From an uncultured Clostridia bacterium (GTDB taxonomy: Bacteria; Bacillota; Clostridia; Oscillospirales; CAG-272), in contig CALWQR010000001.1 of assembly GCA_944383705.1 (NCBI GenBank), positions 18,718 to 82,717 of the forward strand: a DNA stretch of 64,000 bases, written 5' to 3'. The notes below the pieces were generated by a model, which had not been told where the DNA came from, searched no databases, and worked only from the letters and a program-made list of their open reading frames with translations. Numbering within the stretch: position 1 is the stretch's first letter; every line of letters starts with the position of its first letter. Positions 1-8,699 of this stretch are shown piece after piece. Made by a program: the position numbers and the translations under genes.

Positions 1-404
1 CCGTCGGTTTCGGTGTCGGTATAAAAGCAGGTGCACACCCACTGACCGTCGGTCTTCTGGTTGGTCCCGTCAAAGGACAGCAGTACCCGAAGAGCCGTGG
101 TTTCAACGGTGGTAAGAACGAACAGGTAGAGATAATCGGCGTCGTAGCTGACATACACTTCGCCGACCACGGCGGGCTGGGCGCTGCCGGTCCAGACGGT
201 ATCCAGCAGCATGTAGGGCGTCTCGGCCCAGCCATCATCGGGGCCCATTTCGCCGTCCATTGTGACCGTGCTGCCGGTGACATCCTTGACCACGGGCAGC
301 TCGGCAGCCGCGGCGTCCCCGGCTGCGGCGGGCAGAATCAGGGATGAGAGCAGCAGCATGGCTGCCAGCAGAAAGGCAAGGGATTTTTTCAGCGTCTGTT
401 TCAT
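1..404 (-). CDS. N-terminal part of a secreted CBM9/DOMON-like-domain protein; the gene runs off the window start. Paralog of 434..2614
   Basis: ATG at 404..402. My translation MKQTLKKSLAFLLAAMLLLSSLILPAAAGD..ELPVVKDVTGSTVTMDGEMGPDDGWAETPYMLLDTVWTGSAQP..YLYLFV..LRVLLSFDG aligns almost residue for residue with the N-terminus of the 726-aa neighbour. Signal-peptide-like start. Absent from the ORF track because no stop lies in the window. Confidence 0.6.
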   Translation of the reverse strand, partial: MKQTLKKSLAFLLAAMLLLSSLILPAAAGDAAAAELPVVKDVTGSTVTMDGEMGPDDGWAETPYMLLDTVWTGSAQPAVVGEVYVSYDADYLYLFVLTTVETTALRVLLSFDGTNQKTDGQWVCTCFYTDTETD

Positions 405-433
405 GATGGTTGTCTCCTTTCCGTGATTGCGGA

Positions 434-2614
434 TCATTGTGCCGCGCTACGGGCGCGCCGTCCGAACAGGACCAGGGCGGCCCCGGCAAGCAGCAGGACA
501 AAGAACAGGGGTGCGCCGGCAGCGGACTGGCAGCCCTCCTCGGGCTCCTGCGGGGCCGTGCCGGAGTCGGTGCCTGTGGGCTGCTCGGCCGGGCCGGTCT
601 CCTCGCCGGTATCGGTGTCGGACGGGGTTTCCACCTCACGGGCGTCCCACTCGGCCCAGGATTCGGCCAGGAAGGCCTCGTATACCGGCATCACCAGCTT
701 CATGCCGTCCAGATTGAGGTGGCTGATGTCGTCCGCATGCAGGCAGTACTCTGCGCGGAAGGCCTCGTCCCGCATATCCACACCCGAGACCTCGGGGTCA
801 TAGGCGCGGAAGCAGTACACGCCCCATTTCTCGCAGACCTGCTCGGCCGCCTGGGCGTAATCGAGATAGGTCAGCGTGGTGCCCGTGTTGGTGTCCGGGA
901 AGTTCCACACCGTGGTGTACATCAGCATGGCGTTGGGGTATTTTTCGCGCAGGCCGGCAAACAGCGTGTTCAGCGCGCCCATAAAGGTGTTGGTATCCTC
1001 GCTGTCCACCGTGCCCAGGGGCACATTGTTGTTGTAATCGTTGCGACCGCCGTTGACCATGATGACGTCCGCGTCATTGGAGGGCATCATGCGGTAGCGC
1101 TTGCACATGGGCTGATTGTCCAGGTTGTTGTAGGAGGACACCAGGTTGCCGTTGGAGCCGAAGTTGGTAAACACCCAGTTGTATTTGGTGGCAAGCAGGG
1201 CCGGCCACACCTGCTCCTGCGGCAGGGTCTGTCCCGCAAAATAGCTGTCGCCGATGATGTTGACCTTCAGGCCCTCCAGCGCTTCCTCGTTCACCTGGGT
1301 TTTGTCAAAGGCAATCCACATATTCAGGTCCAGGTTCTGCGCCAGAGCCAGGGGCACCAGCGCCCGGGAGGCGTCGTAGCCCTCGGCAGGGGTCAGGCCC
1401 TCCTCACTGCCGGCCTTTTTCTCAAAGAAGCCGACCGCACCGTTCAGGGGCGCCTCAAACAGCCCTTCCATCACGGCGTCGGGATACGCGACGCGGATCT
1501 CCACGCCGATGGTCTCGCTGCCGGCGGCCACACAGACCTCGCTGCCGTCAAACAGCGCGTCCCCGGCGGCGTACTCCCCTTCCCCGTAGCGGATGGCGGT
1601 GAGTGCCTCTGCGCCGCTTTTGGTCAGGTCAATCTCAAAGGCAGCGTATTTGTCCTTGTCAAGGCTCTGGGGGTCGTCTCCGTTCAGCGCCAGCTGCACG
1701 GTCAGCGTCTCGCTGCCGGTGGGCTGACAAGAGATGAAGAAGTAGAGATTTTTGCCGTCCGAGCTGATCCACACCCGGCTGGGGGCGGCAGGGGAGGTGC
1801 CGTCGGTATACTCCTCCATCAGCAGGTAGGGCAGGCTGCGCCAGCCCTCATCCTCACCCATGACGCCGTCAACCGTCAGGGTTGCGCCGGTGACGTCCAT
1901 CACCGACGGGAGCGAGGTGGCCTCGCGCGCCTCAAAGCTCAGCGGGGTGTTGGCCTTGTCCCAGTCAAAGCCCTCGCTGGCGGTATAGGTATCGCTGAGC
2001 GATACCCCCAGCCGCACGGTTCCGGCCTCGATGCCGGCCTGCAGCTCCTCGGTCAGGGGAATTTTCATCTCGAAGAATTCCAGCCCGTTGACGCCCGAGC
2101 CGAACCAGCCGGTCTTCTGCCAGAGCTCGTGCTCGGGCGCCCCGCTGGCGTACATGGTGTAGAACTCGCAGTACACATCCAGCTGCTGGGAGGAGCCGGG
2201 CACCATGCCGGCCGAGCGGCCATTGGTGGAGAGATTGGTGTAAAAGCAGGAGCAGAACCACTGGCCAAGGGTCTTTTCGTTTTTGCCGTCAAAGGACAGC
2301 AGCACGCGCATGACCGTGGTCTCGATCAGGGAATGCACAAAGAGGTAGAGATACTCGGTGTCGTAGCTGGCGTACACCTCGCCGGCCAGGGTCGGCTCGG
2401 CGCTGCCGGTCCAGACGGTATCCAGCAGCATGTAGGGCGTCCCGGCCCAGCCCTCGTCGGCGCCCATGACCCCGTCGATGGTGACGGGCGAGCCGGCGAC
2501 GTCTTTGACCAGAGGCAGCTCGGCGGTCTCTTCCCCCTGGGCGGCCAGAGCCGGCAGGGCCAGGGCAGAGAGAACCAGCAGCAGTGCAAGAACAAGCGAT
2601 AAACTCTTTTTCAT
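434..2614 (-). CDS. Secreted, C-terminally membrane-anchored SGNH/GDSL hydrolase with two N-terminal CBM9/DOMON-like repeats
   Basis: Signal peptide MKKSLSLVLALLLVLSALALPALA. Internal duplication (VTIDGVMGADEGWAGTPYMLLD / LTVDGVMGEDEGWRSLPYLLME). SGNH blocks IIGDSYFAG, VNGGRNDYN and DDISH. C-terminal hydrophobic tail PLFFVLLLAGAALVLFGRRAR. GGAG RBS upstream of the ATG. Confidence 0.75.
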   Translation of the reverse strand: MKKSLSLVLALLLVLSALALPALAAQGEETAELPLVKDVAGSPVTIDGVMGADEGWAGTPYMLLDTVWTGSAEPTLAGEVYASYDTEYLYLFVHSLIETTVMRVLLSFDGKNEKTLGQWFCSCFYTNLSTNGRSAGMVPGSSQQLDVYCEFYTMYASGAPEHELWQKTGWFGSGVNGLEFFEMKIPLTEELQAGIEAGTVRLGVSLSDTYTASEGFDWDKANTPLSFEAREATSLPSVMDVTGATLTVDGVMGEDEGWRSLPYLLMEEYTDGTSPAAPSRVWISSDGKNLYFFISCQPTGSETLTVQLALNGDDPQSLDKDKYAAFEIDLTKSGAEALTAIRYGEGEYAAGDALFDGSEVCVAAGSETIGVEIRVAYPDAVMEGLFEAPLNGAVGFFEKKAGSEEGLTPAEGYDASRALVPLALAQNLDLNMWIAFDKTQVNEEALEGLKVNIIGDSYFAGQTLPQEQVWPALLATKYNWVFTNFGSNGNLVSSYNNLDNQPMCKRYRMMPSNDADVIMVNGGRNDYNNNVPLGTVDSEDTNTFMGALNTLFAGLREKYPNAMLMYTTVWNFPDTNTGTTLTYLDYAQAAEQVCEKWGVYCFRAYDPEVSGVDMRDEAFRAEYCLHADDISHLNLDGMKLVMPVYEAFLAESWAEWDAREVETPSDTDTGEETGPAEQPTGTDSGTAPQEPEEGCQSAAGAPLFFVLLLAGAALVLFGRRARSAAQ

Positions 2615-2687
2615 TGTTTGAAATCTCCTTTTCAGAATTCAAGAGCATATACGGGCAGACTTGCAGATACGAACGGGTGAAAACGGG

Positions 2688-3713
2688 TTATGTATAGGTA
2701 CCGGTCTGAATCTTGCGGATGAACTCTTCCAGCAAGGTCTCCATCCGGTCGGCCGACGGGCCGAACTGCGACCACTCCTTTCCGTCCCGCAGGTAGGCGC
2801 CGGTATCGTCACAATAGCCGCCGAACTCGCGGGTGTAGATCCGGCCGAAGTCGAAGGCCTCGGTCCGGCGGATCAGCTCCAGCATCTCTGTCATTTCGGG
2901 GCTGGCGCTGGTCTGGTACTGCATGATGCGGCCGAAGACCACCGGGGTGGTGACGCGGTAGCCCGCGCTGGCCAGCGCCTCCAGCACCGCGGTGTTCATC
3001 TCCAGCCGGCCGGCGGGAACCGCGGCCGGAATGCCGAACAGGGAGATGGGCTGCCGCACCGTGCTGTAGTACTGGGTCTGCGCGCTGTCGTACTTCGGTA
3101 CCGGCACACAGCCGTACTCAAAGCTCACGTCCCGCAGATGCGTGGTGGCAATGCCGTGGTGGGCAATCAGCATCAGAGCCTGCTCCGATACAAAGCATCC
3201 GGCCGGGTTGCTGTCCTCCACAAGGGCATGGTCCACCTGCACAAAGTCGGTGAGCTGATCCATCACATCCAATCCCTTCTCACCGTAGGATTCGGGATTG
3301 ACCGTCAGGCTGCCGGTCTCGTCGCGGACGACCCACGGGATATCGCAGCCGTGAAACACGGCCGGCCAATCCCAGTAGGCGCCCACCGTCGGAATCAGGT
3401 CTCCGGCGTCCACCACCTGATTGCGGTTCTCGTCGCTGTAAAAGCCTTTGCCCAGGGCAATCATCCGCTCCAGCGTCCATTCGTCGGCCTCCACCAGGCT
3501 GTACGGGCTCTCCAGCCCATAGTCCTCGAACAGGTCGGCGTTGAAGTATATGCAGTACACCATCTGAATGAAGCTGGGGGAGACGTCGCCGGTCACCGAG
3601 GAGGACGCAGAGCCCTCCCCGGCCCCTTCCCCGCTCTCCCGGCAGGAGAGCAGCAGGGCGGACAGAAGCACCAGCACCGACAGCAGCAGGGACAGCCTTT
3701 GCGTTGCTTTCAT
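2688..3713 (-). CDS. Truncated paralog of a family-1 solute-binding lipoprotein; C-terminal two thirds only, with its own signal peptide
   Basis: Lipoprotein signal LLSALLLSC. From SPSFIQMVYCIYFNADLFEDYGLESPY to the ...FIRKIQTGTYT end it is collinear with 3749..5239. It lacks about 175 aa of the N-terminal lobe. Confidence 0.65.
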   Translation of the reverse strand: MKATQRLSLLLSVLVLLSALLLSCRESGEGAGEGSASSSVTGDVSPSFIQMVYCIYFNADLFEDYGLESPYSLVEADEWTLERMIALGKGFYSDENRNQVVDAGDLIPTVGAYWDWPAVFHGCDIPWVVRDETGSLTVNPESYGEKGLDVMDQLTDFVQVDHALVEDSNPAGCFVSEQALMLIAHHGIATTHLRDVSFEYGCVPVPKYDSAQTQYYSTVRQPISLFGIPAAVPAGRLEMNTAVLEALASAGYRVTTPVVFGRIMQYQTSASPEMTEMLELIRRTEAFDFGRIYTREFGGYCDDTGAYLRDGKEWSQFGPSADRMETLLEEFIRKIQTGTYT

Positions 3714-3748
3714 ATTGCACCCCTTCCTGCGTCGTCGTGTTTTCCGTT

Positions 3749-5239
3749 TTACTGATAGGTACCGGTCTGAATCTTGCGGATGAATTCGTCCAGCAGGGTC
3801 TGCATCTGCTCGGCCTGCGGGCGGAACTCGGTCCAGGGGCGGTTGTCCCGGATGAAGGCGCCGGGCTCGTCGCAGTAGCTGCCCAGATCGCGGGTGTAAA
3901 TGCGGCCGAAATCAAAGATCTGCGTCTCGCGGACCAGGGCCAGCATCTCGGTCATCTCGGGGCTGGCGCTGGTCTGGTACTGCATAATCTTGTCAAAAAC
4001 CACCGGCGTGGTGGTGCGGTAGCCCGCGCTGGCCAGCGCCTCCATCACTGCGGTATCCATTGCCAGCCGGTCGGCAGGCACCGCGCTCGGAATGCCGAAC
4101 ATCGAGATGGGCTGGCGCACCGTGCTGTAGTACTGGCTCTGGGTGCTGTCATATTTGGGCGTGGGCACGCAGCCGTACTCAAAGCTCACCTCGCGGAAAT
4201 TCCGGGAGGCCGTGCCGTGGTGGGCAATCAGCATCAGCGAATTGCCGGCCACAAAGTTCTCGGTGACGCCGTCCCCCACAAACGCGGAGTCCACCTGGAC
4301 AAAATTCAGCAGCTTCTCCATCACGTCCAGGCCCTTTTCCCCGTAGCATTCGGGGTTGACGGTCAGCGTGCCGGTTTCGTCCCGCACAATCCAGGGCACG
4401 TCGCAGCCATGCAGCAGCGCGGGCCAATCCCAGTAGGCGCCCACCATCGGAATCACGTCGGCCGCATCCACCTCCTGGTTGTGGTTCTCATCCTGGTAAA
4501 AGCCCTTGCCCAGGGCAATCATCCGTTCCAGCGTCCATTCGTTGGAAGCCACCAGATCGTAGGGGCTCTCCAGCCCGTAATCCTCGAACAGGTCGGCATT
4601 GAAGTAAATGCAGTACACCATCTGGATGAACAGCGGGGAGATGTCGCCGGTGCACAGGTAAAAGGTATCGCCGATGCTGGTCTCCTCAATCAGGCTCTGG
4701 TTCCACCAGGGCATCTCAAAATCCAGGTAGCTGCCGTCGATGTCGCCCAGGTCCCGGTAGAGCCCGGCAGCCGCGCAAATGGCCGCGGTGCGGGTGTAGG
4801 CGCCGACAAAGTCGAAATAATCGCCCCCGCTGACCACATTCTGCAGGCTTTGCATGAAGTTGTTTTCCTGACTGTTGGAGCCAATAATCACGGTGTACTT
4901 CAGGGTTACGCCCAGCCGATCCTGCACGCTTTCGTCCCGGGTGAAAATCGAGAGGTCGATTTCGTCGGCCGAGCTGCCGTCCGCGCCGAATTCCTGAATG
5001 CCCTCGGTGTCGGTGTTCCAGCCCAGCACCAGAATGTCCTCGTCATAGTTGAGATCTGCCGGCAGGTGATCCTTGAGATAACCGTTGGCATCGTAGTCGC
5101 CATTTCCGGAGTCTCCGGTGGTAGCGGTCGTATCCTGGGGGGTCGTGGGTTCGGGATCCCGCTTACAGGACAGAAGGACCGACGCCGACAGCGCCAGGAC
5201 CAGCATCAGCAGCAGGACGCGGATGAACAGGTGTTTCAT
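3749..5239 (-). CDS. Extracellular solute-binding lipoprotein (large family-1 / LplA-like ABC substrate-binding protein)
   Basis: Signal plus lipobox MKHLFIRVLLLMLVLALSASVLLSC. About 500 aa, the size typical of sugar SBPs. Paralogous to 2688..3713 and to the C-terminal half of 11498..14212. Confidence 0.75.
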   Translation of the reverse strand: MKHLFIRVLLLMLVLALSASVLLSCKRDPEPTTPQDTTATTGDSGNGDYDANGYLKDHLPADLNYDEDILVLGWNTDTEGIQEFGADGSSADEIDLSIFTRDESVQDRLGVTLKYTVIIGSNSQENNFMQSLQNVVSGGDYFDFVGAYTRTAAICAAAGLYRDLGDIDGSYLDFEMPWWNQSLIEETSIGDTFYLCTGDISPLFIQMVYCIYFNADLFEDYGLESPYDLVASNEWTLERMIALGKGFYQDENHNQEVDAADVIPMVGAYWDWPALLHGCDVPWIVRDETGTLTVNPECYGEKGLDVMEKLLNFVQVDSAFVGDGVTENFVAGNSLMLIAHHGTASRNFREVSFEYGCVPTPKYDSTQSQYYSTVRQPISMFGIPSAVPADRLAMDTAVMEALASAGYRTTTPVVFDKIMQYQTSASPEMTEMLALVRETQIFDFGRIYTRDLGSYCDEPGAFIRDNRPWTEFRPQAEQMQTLLDEFIRKIQTGTYQ

Positions 5240-6248
5240 TGCTTTTCTCTCCTTTTTTGTTTTTATATTCCAACACCGTCTCCGGTGCAGGTTCCAATGT
5301 GTGAAGATGCCGGCTGTATCCGAGAATCATGCGGTCCAGCTGCTCGCCGTATACCGCATCGGAGCAGCGCCGGACCACATACCGGTGCCGGCCGGCCGGG
5401 TCGGGCACAAAGTGCGTACGGCCGTCGGCGGCATTCGCCCGGGCCCAGCCGCGCACCGTGTCAAAGCCGGCGCGCGCGGGGTCGCCCAGGCACGCCATCC
5501 ATACCAGCAGAGGGTCCCAGGACGGCCGGCCGGACGCCGCCCCGTGGTCGCGGAGAACGGTTTTCAGGGCGTCGTCCCAGGTGCAGGCGCGCTCCAGCAC
5601 GCCGCCCGAGTAAACCGAGCAGCCGGCCTCCCAGCCCAGCAGGGTGACCTCCCCCGGCCAGCCCTCCAGCACCCGGTGGGCGGCGCGGCTGGCGCGCGGA
5701 ATTTTGGAAAAATTGAATTCGGGCTGCTCGGCGCCGTCCCAGCGCCCCCCCATCACCCACAGCTCCGAGACCCGTGAGGCAATCAGCTCCCGGCCGCTCA
5801 GCGGCGAGAGATCGTCCGGGCCGGAGTCCATCAGTGCCTCCAGCACCTGCAAAAAACCGATTTCAATCAGCGTCACCGGCTGCCGGGCTTCGGCCAGCAG
5901 GCGGCGGTAGAGCCGGACCGCCTCCTCGCAGCTCCGGTTTTCGGCCTCCCAGTCCATGCCGGCGGCCAGCCGGGGCTGGTATCGCGTCACGCCCCCGTAA
6001 TCGGTGGCCTGGTGGTCCAACCCGACCGGGACCCCCCGGAGCCCTTCGTGGGTAAGGAAGGCCCTCATCGACGCTGCGGAGCAGGCCATGGCGGAGTCGA
6101 TGGAAACCCCCAACAGGCGCACGCACCCCTTCCACTGGTGCCAGGCAAGGATCCGGATGGCCACCGCGTCGTCGCAGTCGGTGTGCCAATCGGTCCCGAG
6201 AATCACCGGCGTTTTTCTTTTTTCCGGCATAGCAAATACTTGTTGCAT
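5163..6248 (-). CDS. Nucleoside hydrolase-like protein (IUNH family-like)
   Basis: N-terminal VILGTDWHTDCDDAVAIRIL resembles the DxDxxxDD aspartate cluster of inosine/uridine-preferring nucleoside hydrolases. The start could be 6248 or 6230 (MPEKRK). The 3' end overlaps the next gene's start by about 77 nt. Confidence 0.55.
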   Translation of the reverse strand: MQQVFAMPEKRKTPVILGTDWHTDCDDAVAIRILAWHQWKGCVRLLGVSIDSAMACSAASMRAFLTHEGLRGVPVGLDHQATDYGGVTRYQPRLAAGMDWEAENRSCEEAVRLYRRLLAEARQPVTLIEIGFLQVLEALMDSGPDDLSPLSGRELIASRVSELWVMGGRWDGAEQPEFNFSKIPRASRAAHRVLEGWPGEVTLLGWEAGCSVYSGGVLERACTWDDALKTVLRDHGAASGRPSWDPLLVWMACLGDPARAGFDTVRGWARANAADGRTHFVPDPAGRHRYVVRRCSDAVYGEQLDRMILGYSRHLHTLEPAPETVLEYKNKKGEKSNETPVHPRPAADAGPGAVGVGPSVL

Positions 6249-6389
6249 GAATCAGCCAACCCGCCTTTTCAAGATACCTAACAAAGCAATCCGATGTCGC
6301 TCGGATTTCTCTTGGTCTTATTATACAATAAATTGCGGCTATAATCTTTCACATTCTGGTCTAAAATTTATATGAAATGGTTTTTCCTA

Positions 6390-6418
6390 TTGACAAACCA
6401 CCCCGCGTCATGTATACT
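6390..6418 (+). promoter_or_regulatory. Sigma-A-type promoter (TTGACA-17-TATACT) for the AraC gene
   Basis: TTGACA at 6390-6395 and TATACT at 6413-6418, with a 17-nt spacer. It lies inside the track's upstream ORF extension, which argues for the downstream TTG start. Confidence 0.6.
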
Positions 6419-6475
6419 ATAGATACATGCGGAGGCGGCATCCGCAGTTCTGCCGCCAGACAAGGAGGCGATCTC

Positions 6476-7246
6476 TTGGATACCGCGCTGGAAATCGATT
6501 TTGTCAAGGCCTACCGGCACCGACCGGGCGAGCGGGTGCCCGATCAGTTTCACACCTGCTATGAGCTGGTCTATTATTTTGACGGAGACGGCAGCACTAC
6601 GATTGGGGGACAGACCCATGCGCTGCGGCCGAACACCTTTTCGCTGATCCGCCCGAAGGCGGTGCACAGCGAGCTGCACGCCGGCCCGAGCGAGGTGCTG
6701 TTCATCGGCTTTCACGGCACCTTCCGGGAGCCCGAGGGCAATCTGTTCCTGCCCGACACGCCGGACGGCAGCATCGGCGCTGCCCTGCGCGCCATCTACG
6801 AGGAGCACATTTCCAACCGGCAGGACGCGACAAAGGCCATGCTGCTGCACCTGCGTCTGCTGCTGCTTTACATCTCGCGCCTGACCCGCAAGGACCCGCC
6901 GTCCGGCGGCAGCGCGCAGATGCAGTTTGCCGCCAATTACATCGGGCAGTACTGCACCGGCTCCATCAACTGGCAGGAACTGGCGGCCTCCTACCATTAC
7001 AGCTATGACTATTTCCGGCACCTGTTCAAGACCGAGCTGGGAATGTCCCCCGCGCAGTATCTCATCCGCGCCAGGCTGAACCTGGCCCGGCGGCTGCTGG
7101 AGGAGGGCGACCTGAACTGTACCGAGATCGCCTATCAGTGCGGCTTTGCCAGCAGCGCGCACCTGTCGGCACAGTTCCAGCGGGTCTTCGGACAGTCCCC
7201 GCTGAAGTACCGCGCGCTGCACCAGCAGCAAACCGGCAAGACATAA
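6476..7246 (+). CDS. AraC family transcriptional regulator (cupin + HTH)
   Basis: C-terminal AraC HTH: YHYSYDYFRHLFKTELGMSPAQYLIRARLNLARRLLEEGDLNCTEIAYQCGFASSAHLSAQFQRVFGQSPLKYR. Start re-set to the in-frame TTG at 6476, preceded by AAGGAGG at 7 nt. The track start 6377 overlaps the promoter. Confidence 0.8.
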   Translation: MDTALEIDFVKAYRHRPGERVPDQFHTCYELVYYFDGDGSTTIGGQTHALRPNTFSLIRPKAVHSELHAGPSEVLFIGFHGTFREPEGNLFLPDTPDGSIGAALRAIYEEHISNRQDATKAMLLHLRLLLLYISRLTRKDPPSGGSAQMQFAANYIGQYCTGSINWQELAASYHYSYDYFRHLFKTELGMSPAQYLIRARLNLARRLLEEGDLNCTEIAYQCGFASSAHLSAQFQRVFGQSPLKYRALHQQQTGKT

Positions 7247-7275
7247 AAAGCCGCCCGGACGGGGCGGCGCAGCGC

Positions 7276-7321
7276 AAAAAGCAGGCCCGGCCGGGGAGAT
7301 GACCTCCCCGGCCGGGCCTGC
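7276..7321 (-). terminator. Rho-independent terminator of the XRE-S24 gene
   Basis: Perfect 18-bp stem GCAGGCCCGGCCGGGGAG / CTCCCCGGCCGGGCCTGC (7281-7321). It is followed on the minus strand by TTTTT (7280-7276). Confidence 0.75.
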
Positions 7322-7338
7322 TGCGGCAATCCGGACGG

Positions 7339-8163
7339 TTATTTTTTGCGCAGGCGGCCGATGACACGGCCCCGGCACTGCACGTCGGAGAAATCCGACA
7401 GCGGAATCGGACTGTAGGCGGGATTGAGCGACAGCAGCCGGCTGCCTCCGTAAATTTTGAAGTAGCCGCAGCCGTCCAGCAGGAAAATACCGGGCTCGCC
7501 GATTTCCACGCTGTCGGTGGTCTGCACCAGCAGCACGTCGCCGTTGTGATATCTGGGCTCCATGCTGTCCCCGCTGATGCGCAGGGCATAGTCGGCCTCG
7601 GCGGTCGCATCGGTCCGCGGAATGCGGATGGTTTCGGCACGGGCATCCTCCAGGTATTCCCCGACGCCAGCCGACACCGGCAGATCGTACAGCGGGATGC
7701 TCCGCTTGCCGTCCTTGGCGCCGCCGGCATAGCGCCCGCTGCCGGCGCCCGCAGGCATGTGCAGGATGCGCGCCGGACGCACCGGCGGCGCCGGCTCCCG
7801 CCCGGACGGGGCGGCCGACGAGCCGCGCACGGCGTCCACCCGCTCGGTCTCCTTGGCCAGTACGGTTCCCACCAGCCCCTGCCCCCAGCCGTCCAGGCGG
7901 CGGTAGGCCTCCACCAGAGCAATCTCCTCTTCGGTCAGTGTGTAGTTGTTGGTGTTTTCGGGTGTTCCGGTCACAATGTACTCCACCGTGCAGTCCAGCG
8001 CGTTGCAGATGGCAACGATGTTGGAAAGCTTGGGAGACTCGCTCATCCCGGCGAGCAGCTTGCTCAGGGTCCCCAGCGGAATGCCCGAGCGCTCGGCCAG
8101 CTGCTCGTTGGTCATCTTTTTCTGCCCCTTGATTTGTTTGATGCGATCGATATAGCTTTCCAT
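7339..8163 (-). CDS. XRE-family HTH repressor fused to an S24 (LexA/CI-like) self-cleaving peptidase domain
   Basis: N-terminal HTH MTNEQLAERSGIPLGTLSKLLAG. Pro/Ala-rich linker. S24 motifs PVSAGVGEYL (Ala-Gly site), SGDSMEP (Ser) and YFKIY (Lys). Confidence 0.8.
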   Translation of the reverse strand: MESYIDRIKQIKGQKKMTNEQLAERSGIPLGTLSKLLAGMSESPKLSNIVAICNALDCTVEYIVTGTPENTNNYTLTEEEIALVEAYRRLDGWGQGLVGTVLAKETERVDAVRGSSAAPSGREPAPPVRPARILHMPAGAGSGRYAGGAKDGKRSIPLYDLPVSAGVGEYLEDARAETIRIPRTDATAEADYALRISGDSMEPRYHNGDVLLVQTTDSVEIGEPGIFLLDGCGYFKIYGGSRLLSLNPAYSPIPLSDFSDVQCRGRVIGRLRKK

Positions 8164-8195
8164 CCGCGGCCTCCGTTTTTTCCGATTGTGGCACT

Positions 8196-8224
8196 ATTAT
8201 ACCACATTCCTCCCGTTTTGTAAA
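8196..8224 (-). promoter_or_regulatory. Promoter of the XRE-S24 gene (TTTACA-17-TATAAT)
   Basis: Minus-strand TTTACA at 8224-8219 and TATAAT at 8201-8196, with a 17-nt spacer. Confidence 0.55.
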
Positions 8225-8265
8225 GAGGATTTGCAAAATTATTTTCTTTTTTCGGAAAAAACCTC

Positions 8266-8294
8266 TTGACAAACGCCGCGTGATCTGCTATAAT
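8266..8294 (+). promoter_or_regulatory. Perfect consensus promoter (TTGACA-17-TATAAT) divergent from the repressor gene
   Basis: TTGACA at 8266-8271 and TATAAT at 8289-8294, with a 17-nt spacer. Confidence 0.65.
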
Positions 8295-8336
8295 ATCATC
8301 AGAATTATTCCAAATTCGATATGAAAGAGGCAGATT

Positions 8337-8669
8337 ATGAACAGAACGGACGTCAGGAACGGCAATTTTGATTCCGGATTCGGAACCGGCATTGGGCGGA
8401 TATACCCGGGCGCCGGCCTGCCGGAGCGCGGCCGGCCCGGCCGCGGGCAGGCTCTGCGGAGCCGTGCGGCAGCCATCCGGCGGGCCCTGTGCGGCGGGGC
8501 CGTCCGGCGGCTGGCCAGAGCCGGCGGCGTGGTGCTGGCTCTGCTCGGCATGATCGGAGCCGCGGGCGCGATGGAAAGAGGCACGCTGCCGCTGGGCGCC
8601 GGACTGCTGATTTGCGCGGCCCTGCTGGGAGTGGAGTTCCTCTGCCTGCGCACCCGAAAGCCGGAGTAA
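8337..8669 (+). CDS. Hypothetical small membrane protein (Arg/Gly-rich N-terminus, two C-terminal hydrophobic segments)
   Basis: ATG preceded by AAGAGG at 6 nt and by the consensus promoter. Hydrophobic stretches VVLALLGMIGAAGA and GAGLLICAALLGVEFLCL. No recognisable family. Confidence 0.45.
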   Translation: MNRTDVRNGNFDSGFGTGIGRIYPGAGLPERGRPGRGQALRSRAAAIRRALCGGAVRRLARAGGVVLALLGMIGAAGAMERGTLPLGAGLLICAALLGVEFLCLRTRKPE

Positions 8670-8699
8670 ACCGACCCGCGCCAGCCGGTGCTCCGCCCC

